From Fibrobacteria bacterium (GTDB taxonomy: Bacteria; Fibrobacterota; Chitinivibrionia; Chitinivibrionales; FEN-1185): a stretch of 47,151 nt of DNA. The stretch lies in the NCBI GenBank assembly GCA_037447435.1, contig JBBIGR010000013.1:1-47151 (forward strand). Reading direction: 5' to 3'. Positions 32,766 to 42,372 of the stretch are shown here, piece after piece (the stretch's first letter is position 1; every line of letters starts with the position of its first letter). The notes below the pieces were generated by a model. It worked only from the letters and a program-made list of their open reading frames with translations, was not told the DNA's origin and ran no database searches. A program made the position numbers and the translations under genes.

Positions 32766-34577
32766 TCAAATTTCCCCCAGGAGCATGATCGCGTTCCACG
32801 GGTGAAGCGAGAGCACCGTACCCTTGACAATTGTCTGCGGTACTCGTGAACCGGGCCCCATCCATTGTGTGTCCGCGGAATCAAAAACCTCTTTCCATTC
32901 TCCCGTATAGGGCATAGTCAAATCAAGCGGCTCGGCTGTAAAATTGAAGAAACAAACGGATCGCCAATTTTCTTTGCTTCGGTCAAGTGCAACAACACGG
33001 CCATTTCCGAAGGTTGTTACCCGTATGCGTTTCCTGTCGAATTGGCTGAGTGGGGGACATGTCTTTCTGAGGAGAATAAGTTTCTTATACATGCCGAGGA
33101 TAGCGCCATTATTTATGCCCGATCGTTTCCGCCAATCCAGTTTGGAGAGTAAAAACGTCGAACGGTCAAAGGGGTTTACGGGATTGCCCGAGGAGAACTC
33201 TTCCGCTTTTGCCTTCCGCACGGCATTCACGACCGTTTGGTCGGAATGATCGGCAAAAAAGAGGAACGGGGTGTTTTCGGCATATTCTTCGCCCATGAAA
33301 AGCAAGGGGACAAAGGGGGACAAAATAACGGCCGAGGCGGCCAGTTTCAACGCCTCAAAAGAAACGAGCGAACTAAGCCGTTCGCCAAGCATCCTGTTAC
33401 CGATCTGGTCGTGGTTCTGAGAACACACGACAAAACGGAACAGGGGTATTTGGGCCGTAGAATTCCCATGATCCTTCTTTCTGAACTGCGAATACTGTCC
33501 GGAATAAACAAAACCGTTTTTAAACGACAGGGCCATGTGATCGATCGATCCGAAATCACAATAGTAGCGGGTTACATCTTTTGTCAATAACGATTGGAGC
33601 GAGTGATGGAAGTCGTCGGTCCATTGGCCATCAAGGCCTGTTCCGAATTCCGATGTCGGCCGCACGATGCGTGCGTCATTGAGGTCGCTTTCCGCAACCA
33701 GATATCGTTTCCGCCCGTTTTTTCGGCTAAAAGATTCGACGTGTTTTGCCAGGTCGGAAAGAAACGAACGCGCGCTGAAATCGTATATGGCTTGAATCGC
33801 ATCGAGCCTCAGTCCGTCGATATGGAAATCCCGCAGCCAGTATATCGCATTCTCTATGAAATAATTACGGACTTCATTTGAATACTCGCCGTCGAAGTTG
33901 ATCGGCGATCCCCAGAGCGTACTGTATTTTTTTGAAAAATACGGGCCGAATTCGCCAAAATAGCTTCCTTCCGGTCCGAAGTGATTGTATACGACGTCGA
34001 GAAAGACCGCTATCCCGGATTTGTGGCACAGGTTGACGAATGTCTTGAAACCGTTGCATCCGCCGTACGAATTTTGAACCGCAAAAGGATATGCGCCGTC
34101 GTATCCCCAGTTTCTTTCGCCCGGAAACGCGGCAACAGGCATGATTTCCACCGCGTTTACTCCCAGGTTTGACAAATGCTTCACGAAGTCTTGAGCCGAT
34201 GCAAACGTTCCCTCAGGGGTGAAGCATCCGATATGGATTTCATAAAATATCGTTTCTTCGATAGGAATTCCCTTCCAATCAAGGTCGTCCCATTGGAATT
34301 CGCACTGGTCGATCACTTCCGAAGGGCCGTGAACGCCCTGCGGCTGAGATTGCGATGCCGGATCGGGCATCGTTTTTTCTTCGTTAAGCAAATAAAGGTA
34401 CGAAGTGCCCGATTCAATATTTCCTATTATGCAAGACCAATAGCCTTTTTCGTCCTTTTCCATCGGGAACCGTTGTCCATGAGGCAAAAGGATTTTGACA
34501 TCAATTCGCTTGAGAAACGGCGCCCAGACGGTAAAAGTACATTTACCTTGTTTGTTGAGCCATGCTCCAACCTGCAT
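32766..34577 (-). CDS. treZ: Malto-oligosyltrehalose trehalohydrolase
   Basis: FTVWAP, PDPASQSQPQGVHGPS, RNWGYDG, GLRLDA, QNHDQIGNR, PLLFMGEEY. Start taken at ATG 34577 because the longer start overlaps the promoter motif. Confidence 0.95.
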   Translation of the reverse strand: MQVGAWLNKQGKCTFTVWAPFLKRIDVKILLPHGQRFPMEKDEKGYWSCIIGNIESGTSYLYLLNEEKTMPDPASQSQPQGVHGPSEVIDQCEFQWDDLDWKGIPIEETIFYEIHIGCFTPEGTFASAQDFVKHLSNLGVNAVEIMPVAAFPGERNWGYDGAYPFAVQNSYGGCNGFKTFVNLCHKSGIAVFLDVVYNHFGPEGSYFGEFGPYFSKKYSTLWGSPINFDGEYSNEVRNYFIENAIYWLRDFHIDGLRLDAIQAIYDFSARSFLSDLAKHVESFSRKNGRKRYLVAESDLNDARIVRPTSEFGTGLDGQWTDDFHHSLQSLLTKDVTRYYCDFGSIDHMALSFKNGFVYSGQYSQFRKKDHGNSTAQIPLFRFVVCSQNHDQIGNRMLGERLSSLVSFEALKLAASAVILSPFVPLLFMGEEYAENTPFLFFADHSDQTVVNAVRKAKAEEFSSGNPVNPFDRSTFLLSKLDWRKRSGINNGAILGMYKKLILLRKTCPPLSQFDRKRIRVTTFGNGRVVALDRSKENWRSVCFFNFTAEPLDLTMPYTGEWKEVFDSADTQWMGPGSRVPQTIVKGTVLSLHPWNAIMLLGEI

Positions 34578-34608
34578 ACCGAACCTTCTTTCATATAAGA
34601 AGTATAAA

Positions 34609-34624
34609 AGCAATTAGTATGCCT
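34609..34624 (-). promoter_or_regulatory. sigma54 -24/-12 promoter candidate for treZY
   Basis: Minus strand reads AGGCATACTAATTGCT. Confidence 0.7.
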
Positions 34625-34631
34625 GTCGGCA

Positions 34632-34647
34632 TGGCATAATTGTTGCT
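34632..34647 (+). promoter_or_regulatory. sigma54 -24/-12 promoter candidate for the PRC-barrel/H+-ATPase unit
   Basis: TGGCATAATTGTTGCT. Confidence 0.72.
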
Positions 34648-34791
34648 CCTTCTTGAGTAACTTATGGGTGCGCTTCAACTATCCGGAAAATGCGGTTCGC
34701 CCCCATGATTGGGCCGGATAATTTTTGGATCAATTTTTGCATAATTCTCAATTAAAATGTTCCGGGAATGACTTCAATCGAAAGACCCTAT

Positions 34792-35493
34792 ATGTTAACA
34801 AAAGTGAAAAAACTCAAAGGTTACAAATTGGAATGTCTTGATGGAGAAATAGGGAAAGCCGAAGAATTTTATTTTAACGACCAAACCTGGGCCATACGCT
34901 ATCTGGTCGTAGACACCGGCCTTTGGATAATACGCAGACAGCTATTGATTTCTCCAAAATCGCTCCTCGGCGTAGACTTGGAAAAACAGCATATCATTGT
35001 CAAATTGACAAAAAAGCAGATTGAGGACTGTCCAGCTTCGAGCAGCGACAAACCCGTCTCACGGCATTTTGAAGAAGACTTCTTTGTCAGTCTGGGTGTG
35101 CCTCTGGATTGGGACAATCAAGGACAAGGCCCTGATGTATGGGACCCGCATTTACGCAGCACCCACGATGTATGCGGTCATCGCCTGCACGCGGAAGACA
35201 GAGATATTGGCCATGTCGATGATTTTATCGTTGATGCGGCGTCGTGGACAATTCGTTATCTCGTGATCGAGACCGGAGACTGGTGGCCGGAAAAAAAAGT
35301 TCTGATTTCGCCGGAATGGATCGAACGAATCAGTTGGAACCAGGGAAAGGTTTTTGTCAATGTTTCCAGCACGACAATCAAGCTGTCACCGGAATACAGC
35401 GAAGATGCTTTGCTCAGCAGGGATTATGAGACAAAATTACACAGCCATTATGGTCGCAATGGATATTGGACCGACAACCCTACGCGTCAATGA
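34792..35493 (+). CDS. Tandem PRC-barrel domain protein
   Basis: Two repeats of IG..(E/D)F....W.IRYLV..TG.W....LISP, linked by DPHLRST. Alternative start 34768. Confidence 0.88.
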   Translation: MLTKVKKLKGYKLECLDGEIGKAEEFYFNDQTWAIRYLVVDTGLWIIRRQLLISPKSLLGVDLEKQHIIVKLTKKQIEDCPASSSDKPVSRHFEEDFFVSLGVPLDWDNQGQGPDVWDPHLRSTHDVCGHRLHAEDRDIGHVDDFIVDAASWTIRYLVIETGDWWPEKKVLISPEWIERISWNQGKVFVNVSSTTIKLSPEYSEDALLSRDYETKLHSHYGRNGYWTDNPTRQ

Positions 35494-35569
35494 GATATTT
35501 TTCCGTACGAGTAATCGCGAAATTACTCCGAAAATAAATGTAATTCTAAATAAACGGGAAGGGTAGTTT

Positions 35570-38044
35570 ATGGAAAAAGAAATTGAAAGGCCCGGTCCTC
35601 CCGAATCTAAGTCAGAGTCTCAAGACGATCTGAAATCTCTTCCTATGGCTGACCTGCTTGTTCGATTGGCGTCCTCGTCTGAGGGAATCAGCCAAGAGGA
35701 AGCGCAAAAACGGCTCACGAAATATGGTCCGAATGAAATCGTGGAAAAGAAAACAAATCAACTCTTAAAATTCCTCGCCTATTTTTGGGGACCTATTCCA
35801 TGGATGATAGGGGTGGCGGTAATTCTTTCTGGCGTTGTTGGCCACTGGCCGGATTTTTTCATCATTCTTCTTTTGCTCATTGCCAACGCCGTTGTCGGAT
35901 TCTGGGAAGAACGCGAGGCGGGCAACGCCATTGCGGCCTTGAAGTCCAAGCTGGCTGTCAAGGCTCGGGTGAAGCGAAATGGAAAGTGGGTAAACCCGGC
36001 AGCCCGCGAGTTGGTCCCGGGCGACGTCATTCGTCTGCGTATTGGCGATATCGTGCCGGCAGACGCCAGGTTGTTTGACGGCGATGGGGTGGAAGTGGAC
36101 CAGTCGGCATTGACAGGAGAGTCTTTGCCGGCAACGCGCAAGGCGGGCGAGGCGGTGTTCTCGGGGTCGATTATTCGCCAGGGCGAAATCGATTCAATTG
36201 TGTATGCGACAGGTGCAAGCACCTTTTTCGGTACAACCGCACAGTTGGTGCAGGGAAAGCAAAGTATCAGCCATTTCCAACGAGCAGTTCTTAAAATAGG
36301 AAATTATTTGATCATCCTTGCCGCAGCATTGGTTGCAGCGATTATCATTGTCGCCATTGTGCGCGGCGACCCGTTTCTCACTACATTACAATTCGCGTTG
36401 GTATTGACCATTGCCGCGATTCCGGTCGCAATGCCCACGGTATTGTCCGTCACCATGGCCGTGGGAGCGCGCCTGCTTGCCAAAAAGCAAGCGATCGTGA
36501 GCAGGCTGACGGCTATCGAGGAGTTGGCGGGCGTGGATATATTATGCTCCGACAAGACCGGAACGCTCACCCAGAACAAGTTGACGTTAGGTGACCCCTT
36601 CTCCGTTAACGGTGTCCCGGTTGAGCAAGTTATACTCTGTGCCGGTTTGGCCTCCCGAGCGGAAAACAATGACACCATTGACCTGGCCGTTTTGAGCGGC
36701 CTGAAGGATGACCGGGTCTTAAAATCCTACGACGTGGTCCATTTCCAACCGTTCGATGCCGTAAACAAACGAACCGAAGCAATTGTCAAGGCCTCGGACG
36801 GAAGCACATTCAAAGTCACCAAGGGCGCTCCGCAGGCAATCCTGGAATTGTCTGCTAATGCCGCACAGATAAGGCTTGTTGTCGAAAATGCGGTCAACGA
36901 ATTTGCCGGCCGAGGTTTTCGATCGATCGGCGTTGCCCGGGCCCACGGGCAGGATCAATGGCAATTCCTTGGTGTGTTGCCTTTGTTCGATCCGCCGAGA
37001 GAAGATGCCAAGGCAACCATCGAGACGGCCGGAAGAATGGGCGTAAAAGTCAAGATGGTAACCGGGGATCAGCTTGCAATAGCTCGGGAAACCGCCAATA
37101 AATTGGGTATGGGTGCCGCAATTCTCGATGCAAGCAGCCTGGGTGACTCGAAACGCAAGGAGACCGCGGAGACGGCCGAGTCCATTGAAAAAGCCGACGG
37201 TTTTGCCCAAGTATTTCCTGAGCATAAGTTTCACATCGTGGATGTTTTGCAAAAACGAGGACACATCGTCGGGATGACCGGAGACGGAGTAAATGACGCG
37301 CCTGCTCTTAAGAAAGCCGACTGCGGCATAGCGGTTTCGGGCGCAACCGACGCGGCACGCGCCGCCGCCGCCATCGTATTGATGACGCCGGGGCTTTCCG
37401 TGATTATTGAGGCAATAAAGGAGAGTAGGAAAATCTTCCAACGCATGAACAGCTATGCAATCTATCGCATTGCCGAGACCTTGGGTGTGTTGTTGTTCAT
37501 GACTCTCGCGATTCTGATCTTCAATTTTTACCCATTGACAGCCGTGATGATCGTGATGCTTGCATTACTCAACGACGGCGCCATATTGTCAATTGCATAT
37601 GACAACGTTCATTACAACGATCGACCGGAGTCGTGGAATATGCGTCTGGTCATGGGCATCGCCTCGGCGGTAAGCGTGATAGGGCTTTTGGACTCCTTCG
37701 GCTTGTTCTATCTTGGCGAACGAGTCTTTCACCTCGATCGTGCGCTCATACAAACGCTGATGTATTTGAAATTGTCCGTTGCGGGTCATTTCAAAATATT
37801 TCTGACGCGAACGCGCGGCCCTTTTTGGTCTATACGGCCCGCGCCGATCTTATTGGCAGCGGTTATTGGAACGCAAGTTATAGCAACTATAATTGCCGTA
37901 TATGGGCTGTTTATGCCGCCGATCGGCTGGGGGTGGGCGCTTTTGGTGTGGGGATATTCATTGGTATGGTTCTTTGTGAATGACCGGGTTAAACTCTTTG
38001 GATACCGGGTTTTGGATTCTGCCAACCCGATTCGTGAAGAATAG
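35570..38044 (+). CDS. Plasma-membrane proton-efflux P-type ATPase (P3A)
   Basis: TGESLP, IPVAMP, DKTGTLT, KGAP, GDGVNDAPALKKAD, FQRMNSYAIYRI, and LNDG in M6. Confidence 0.93.
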   Translation: MEKEIERPGPPESKSESQDDLKSLPMADLLVRLASSSEGISQEEAQKRLTKYGPNEIVEKKTNQLLKFLAYFWGPIPWMIGVAVILSGVVGHWPDFFIILLLLIANAVVGFWEEREAGNAIAALKSKLAVKARVKRNGKWVNPAARELVPGDVIRLRIGDIVPADARLFDGDGVEVDQSALTGESLPATRKAGEAVFSGSIIRQGEIDSIVYATGASTFFGTTAQLVQGKQSISHFQRAVLKIGNYLIILAAALVAAIIIVAIVRGDPFLTTLQFALVLTIAAIPVAMPTVLSVTMAVGARLLAKKQAIVSRLTAIEELAGVDILCSDKTGTLTQNKLTLGDPFSVNGVPVEQVILCAGLASRAENNDTIDLAVLSGLKDDRVLKSYDVVHFQPFDAVNKRTEAIVKASDGSTFKVTKGAPQAILELSANAAQIRLVVENAVNEFAGRGFRSIGVARAHGQDQWQFLGVLPLFDPPREDAKATIETAGRMGVKVKMVTGDQLAIARETANKLGMGAAILDASSLGDSKRKETAETAESIEKADGFAQVFPEHKFHIVDVLQKRGHIVGMTGDGVNDAPALKKADCGIAVSGATDAARAAAAIVLMTPGLSVIIEAIKESRKIFQRMNSYAIYRIAETLGVLLFMTLAILIFNFYPLTAVMIVMLALLNDGAILSIAYDNVHYNDRPESWNMRLVMGIASAVSVIGLLDSFGLFYLGERVFHLDRALIQTLMYLKLSVAGHFKIFLTRTRGPFWSIRPAPILLAAVIGTQVIATIIAVYGLFMPPIGWGWALLVWGYSLVWFFVNDRVKLFGYRVLDSANPIREE

Positions 38045-38125
38045 AAATGTTTTTGACGACAGGACGTATTCTGCGGGCGGGAATGTACAATCTGCCTGAA
38101 TTCCTCTGAAAAACAAACCATTCTG

Positions 38126-38153
38126 TTGCAATTAAAACAGAGTATTTTATAAT
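38126..38153 (+). promoter_or_regulatory. sigma70-like promoter candidate
   Basis: TTGCAA-N16-TATAAT ending 9 bp before ATG 38163. Confidence 0.4.
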
Positions 38154-38162
38154 AAGCTATAT

Positions 38163-38753
38163 ATGAGACAAAAACAAAAATCGTTTTTCATTTCCTATCT
38201 GTGGGCCGGGATTTTTATTTGTTTTTTCAGCGTGCAGGCTCAAGCTCTGGTATTTGTGCCGATTAACCACACATTTCAAGAAAAACCCGTATGGTGCTGG
38301 AATGCTTGTGTAAAAACCATTCTTGAATATTACAACCAGAAGGTCACTCAAAAAGAAATTGCCGACTGGGCGGTAGGCGGTCAGGCTGTTTGTGATTTTT
38401 TCTACGGCAATTGCAGCGGAAGAAAATCAATTGAAGCCATCCTTAATCATTTTGGGATAGATACACAAAGATATACGCGACCCTTGACTTTTGAGGAATT
38501 GACCGGACTTTTCGATGCCCAAAAGGCGGTTATAATCAGATGGAGTCTGGGAAACAACCAGGGGCATTTCGTTGTCTTACACGGTTATGTACCCAAAACC
38601 GATTCGATTTTCGTTATGGATCCCCAGGAGCCCATTGATCACACATGGAAATATGATTCTGTAGTTAAAGACAATGAACATGTTTGGACCAATAGTCTTG
38701 CAATAACCACGCTTCCTCCTCACAAAAACGGTACGCATAAACTACCGGGATAA
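38163..38753 (+). CDS. Exported papain-like/C39-like cysteine peptidase
   Basis: Signal peptide (AQA), Q....WCWNAC, GHFVVLHGY, VMDP (Cys-His-Asp triad). Confidence 0.8.
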   Translation: MRQKQKSFFISYLWAGIFICFFSVQAQALVFVPINHTFQEKPVWCWNACVKTILEYYNQKVTQKEIADWAVGGQAVCDFFYGNCSGRKSIEAILNHFGIDTQRYTRPLTFEELTGLFDAQKAVIIRWSLGNNQGHFVVLHGYVPKTDSIFVMDPQEPIDHTWKYDSVVKDNEHVWTNSLAITTLPPHKNGTHKLPG

Positions 38754-38757
38754 GAAA

Positions 38758-38788
38758 GGCCGGTTCTTCGATTTTTGAAAAACCGGCC
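38758..38788. terminator. Hairpin between convergent genes
   Basis: GGCCGGTT.TTC / GAA.AACCGGCC stem. Confidence 0.55.
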
Positions 38789-38889
38789 CCGGTGCATTAT
38801 AAATTCTTTATTTCCAAAAAAACAGTCGGATTTTCCGCTTTTTAGATTTCCACGCTTTCCTGACCGCTATTTACATGTATGAATTACTT

Positions 38890-39177
38890 CTAATAATGAC
38901 TGATTTTTGCCGTATCTAGAATTTTAGGCTTTGCAGTCGTATCCCCATTGTTTCGCCCGCCGCCCATTCCTCCATTGGCCGTATCTTGGGGTGCGGATCG
39001 GTATGCCGTATCTTTACCTCCACCCCAACCGCCAAGATCCGAATCGCCGGCGGTTTTTACCGAGGATTTGTTTACTGACGGAGAAGATTGCAAAGGAGGA
39101 TCCGCCGCGTTCGGCGCCATCGCCAATCCGCAAATCAGAACATATATACTTACTTGAATCATTCTTATCGTTTTCAT
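38890..39177 (-). CDS. Small exported low-complexity Gly/Asp-Thr-rich protein
   Basis: AAGGAGG RBS, signal peptide, GGWGGGKDTA / GGMGGGRNNGDTTA repeats. Confidence 0.65.
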   Translation of the reverse strand: MKTIRMIQVSIYVLICGLAMAPNAADPPLQSSPSVNKSSVKTAGDSDLGGWGGGKDTAYRSAPQDTANGGMGGGRNNGDTTAKPKILDTAKISHY

Positions 39178-39419
39178 GATTAGCCTCCTTAAAATCCTGA
39201 ATGCCGCTCTTGCTCGTGGAATTCATACTCGGACGGCTAATCCCAGCTTTTTCGGAAAAAGAACCCTTCATAACTCCACCTCATGTTTTGCAAATAAATA
39301 CGAATCGTTCGGGGCGATTATTTTTATTAATCCGCAAAAAACGGGAATTATCAAAATTGGGAAAGGATTGTCATTTTTGCAAATCCTCAAATTCGGATCA
39401 TAACCCTCATATATCGTAC

Positions 39420-39435
39420 TGGCACCGATATTGCG
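39420..39435 (+). promoter_or_regulatory. sigma54 -24/-12 promoter candidate for ppk2-lipoprotein-ldh
   Basis: TGGCACCGATATTGCG. Confidence 0.72.
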
Positions 39436-39507
39436 TAAAGGTATTATCAGCAGTTACGATAGTTTCCGTGGTGAAAAAATCCGGGCATCCCAACAATCGG
39501 AGATTCC

Positions 39508-40371
39508 ATGAAAATCGATACGGAAAAATTTCGTGTTCGGCCTAAAGAAAAAGTAGAACTTAAAAAACAACGGACACGAATAAAACCTTTCTACAAATCC
39601 ACGGAAAAATATAAGGAAATCCTCGTTGAGCACGTTAAAAAAATGAACGGTCTGCAATCTTTACTTTATGCATACAACCGCTATTCGGTGTTGCTGATCG
39701 TGCAAGGCATGGATGCAGCCGGAAAAGACGGAATCATCAAACATGTATTGTCTGGTGTCAACCCGCAGGGCTGCGAGGTTTTCAGTTTTAAAGAGCCCAG
39801 TGCCGAAGATCTTGCCCACGATTTCCTCTGGCGTACCACCTGTAAGTTACCCCGGCGCGGGCGGATCGGCGTATTCAATCGTTCGTATTACGAGGAAGTG
39901 CTCATCGTTCGCGTGCATCGCGAAGTCCTTTGCAATCAAAGAATTCCGGAGGAATTGCTCGATGAGAAAACGGTGTGGAAGGAACGGTTTCGCTCCATTG
40001 TGGATTTGGAAGATCATCTTTTTCGCAACGGTACCAAAATCATCAAGATATTTTTGCATGTATCTAAAGACGAACAGCGGAAACGTTTCCTTGAGAGAAT
40101 TGATGAACCAGATAAAAACTGGAAAATCGGGTTGGCGGATATTTCGGAGAGGAGGTTTTGGAGTGATTATATGGAGGCATACGAAGATTGTCTGACCGAA
40201 ACGAGTACCCATAATTCACCTTGGTACATTGTTCCGGCCGATGACAAGGAAAATGCCCGCCTCATAGTTTCTCAAATTGTACTCAATGTGCTTGACGAGC
40301 TTTCGATGTCGTATCCCAAAACAACATCAAGACATAGGCGGGAATTGAAAAATGTCCGAAAACGGATTTAA
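39508..40371 (+). CDS. ppk2: Polyphosphate kinase 2 family protein
   Basis: [42 protein letters not shown]. Confidence 0.93.
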   Translation: MKIDTEKFRVRPKEKVELKKQRTRIKPFYKSTEKYKEILVEHVKKMNGLQSLLYAYNRYSVLLIVQGMDAAGKDGIIKHVLSGVNPQGCEVFSFKEPSAEDLAHDFLWRTTCKLPRRGRIGVFNRSYYEEVLIVRVHREVLCNQRIPEELLDEKTVWKERFRSIVDLEDHLFRNGTKIIKIFLHVSKDEQRKRFLERIDEPDKNWKIGLADISERRFWSDYMEAYEDCLTETSTHNSPWYIVPADDKENARLIVSQIVLNVLDELSMSYPKTTSRHRRELKNVRKRI

Positions 40372-40391
40372 TAAGGAATAAAGATATTTAT

Positions 40392-41003
40392 ATGAATAAA
40401 GTTATCATGTGTGTAGGACCTGCTAAAATTCTACGAGAGAAGGCACTGACATCTCTTTTGAGAATTTTCATTGTTGTTTTTGTGTTTGCGAGTTTGTCGG
40501 GGTGCATGAGGTACCTTACTCACGACCGCTCCAAGGTCCTGCTTCCCGGTGTCGACATCGATCAAACTCTCAAAATTGCCGCCATAGAAATCGACAAAGG
40601 GACTTTAGGCTGCGTGCTCGGACTATGGGTAATCCGAGATCAGGTCGTGACAAATGACCAGGCAAATAAAATCAGCGACCTTTATTTTACTCATATTGGT
40701 TTACTTAAGCAAAGTTTCAACATTTGGCATTTGACATGGACCATTGCCGATCTTTATAAAAATGGAGATGAAACGACTAAAGCCGAACTTAAAAAAGCAT
40801 ACGAAGATGCAAAAAGTCGGGCAAAGTCTTTAGGCGGACTTGCCAATAAAATGGTTAATGGAGATAACGTTTATATGGGCGATGCCCACTTTCTTGGTCG
40901 GCGTTATGCCGAACTCCATGTTGTTGTTCCGGGAAATAAACAATATCTTCAATCGTTCGAAGAATATCTTAAGAAGCATCCAAAAAGTATTGGAACTAAT
41001 TAA
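40392..41003 (+). CDS. Hypothetical lipoprotein
   Basis: Hydrophobic stretch ending in the lipobox LSGC. Tightly spaced between ppk2 and ldh. Confidence 0.65.
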   Translation: MNKVIMCVGPAKILREKALTSLLRIFIVVFVFASLSGCMRYLTHDRSKVLLPGVDIDQTLKIAAIEIDKGTLGCVLGLWVIRDQVVTNDQANKISDLYFTHIGLLKQSFNIWHLTWTIADLYKNGDETTKAELKKAYEDAKSRAKSLGGLANKMVNGDNVYMGDAHFLGRRYAELHVVVPGNKQYLQSFEEYLKKHPKSIGTN

Positions 41004-41020
41004 TTAAGCGAGGTGCATTC

Positions 41021-41986
41021 ATGGAAAGCAACGAAAAACAGAATAACTCCCGAAAAGTCGTGATTGTTGGGTCGGGTGATGTCGGCGCGTCGTTTGCATA
41101 CGCCCTTCTCATGAGCGGAACAGCGGAAAGCATCGTGTTGATTGATGCGAAACAGGAACTTGCACAAGGACAGGCGCTCGATTTGGCGCAAGGGCTTTCT
41201 TTTGTTCCTACAACGATAGTCCGTGCAGGAACTCCCGATGACTACGCCGATGCGGCGGTTATCGTGATAACAGCCGGATCAAAGCAAAAACCGGGGGAGT
41301 CACGCCTGAATCTTTTAACACGAAATGCACGCATAATGGATGAGATCGTCGACCAGATAACTGCGCGCAACTCACAGGCTATTATTGTGGTGACCTCAAA
41401 TCCCGTCGATGTCCTTACCTATACCGCATTAAAGCGGACGGGGTGGCCGCGAAATCGTATCATCGGATCCGGCACTGTTCTTGATAGCGCCAGATTCCGA
41501 CACCTGCTCAGCGAACATTGCGGTGTGGATGTCCGAAGCATTCATGCTTACATTCTCGGGGAACACGGGGACAGCGAAGTACCTGCCTGGTCTATGACCC
41601 ATATTGCGGGTATGTTGATGGATGATTATTGTTCGTTTTGCCACAAATGCGATTGGGAGAATCAGCGGAGTAAGATCGACACACAAGTACGGGATTCCGC
41701 ATATCATATAATCGATGCGAAAGGATCCACTTGTTATGCTATCGGGCTGGCATTGGTGCGTATCGTTGAAGCTATATTGCGCAATGAGCACGGCGTATTG
41801 ACCGTATCGTCACTTCTTGACGGCGAATACGGGCTTGCGGATGTTTGTCTGAGTGTTCCCTGTATCGTGTCACAATGCGGCGTTGAAAGAATAATAGAGG
41901 GAAAATTGACAGACCAAGAATTGGTCTCTCTTCGCGCATCGGCATCGGTGATCAAGAAAAACATTAATGAATTAGTGACTAAATAA
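41021..41986 (+). CDS. ldh: L-lactate dehydrogenase
   Basis: GSGDVG, AGSKQKPGESRL (Gln specificity residue), NPVD, GTVLDSARF, LGEHGDS. Confidence 0.93.
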   Translation: MESNEKQNNSRKVVIVGSGDVGASFAYALLMSGTAESIVLIDAKQELAQGQALDLAQGLSFVPTTIVRAGTPDDYADAAVIVITAGSKQKPGESRLNLLTRNARIMDEIVDQITARNSQAIIVVTSNPVDVLTYTALKRTGWPRNRIIGSGTVLDSARFRHLLSEHCGVDVRSIHAYILGEHGDSEVPAWSMTHIAGMLMDDYCSFCHKCDWENQRSKIDTQVRDSAYHIIDAKGSTCYAIGLALVRIVEAILRNEHGVLTVSSLLDGEYGLADVCLSVPCIVSQCGVERIIEGKLTDQELVSLRASASVIKKNINELVTK

Positions 41987-42093
41987 AAATTATAACTCGG
42001 TACCATGGTCTACGCATCCCGCGAGATAAGAAATCGGCTAAAACTATCGAGTTGCGAAGCTACGGGCTGGTCGGGTAAAAGGAATGAAAATAT

Positions 42094-42109
42094 TGGCATT
42101 GTATTTGCG
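42094..42109 (+). promoter_or_regulatory. sigma54 -24/-12 promoter candidate for rubredoxin-DUF302(-TPR-U32)
   Basis: TGGCATTGTATTTGCG. Confidence 0.7.
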
Positions 42110-42192
42110 TTCTTTTTGTCCGTCATATTTCATTTCAGATTTTACCAAAATTCATTAATTCTTTTTAATGTTAAATGCTAGAATGAGGGCTT

Positions 42193-42351
42193 ATGGAAAA
42201 GTGGCAATGTTCGGCTTGCAGCTATGTGTATGACCCTGCAAAGGGCGATCCGGATAATGGCATTGCAGCGGGAACAAAATTCGAGGATTTGCCGGATTCA
42301 TGGGTTTGTCCCGATTGCGGTGTAGAAAAGGCTATGTTCGAAAAAATATAA
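42193..42351 (+). CDS. Rubredoxin (52 aa; not in ORF track)
   Basis: Translated by hand: [52 protein letters not shown]. Two CxxC knuckles, GAGG RBS. Confidence 0.96.
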   Translation: MEKWQCSACSYVYDPAKGDPDNGIAAGTKFEDLPDSWVCPDCGVEKAMFEKI

Positions 42352-42372
42352 TCCTGTTAAAGGCGGCAGCCG

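Noticed and set aside
35509..35528. GAGTAAT/ATTACTC inverted repeat before the H+-ATPase
   Set aside because: Short, AT-rich stem with no U-tract; it cannot be called a terminator or operator.
36719..37441. 240-aa antisense ORF inside the P-type ATPase, and other shadow ORFs
   Set aside because: They lie opposite or within well-conserved genes and show no independent motifs.
39014..39271. 85-aa minus-strand ORF with an RBS-like GAGGTGGAG
   Set aside because: It overlaps the better-supported signal-peptide ORF 38890..39177 out of frame and has no recognisable features. Not fully excluded.
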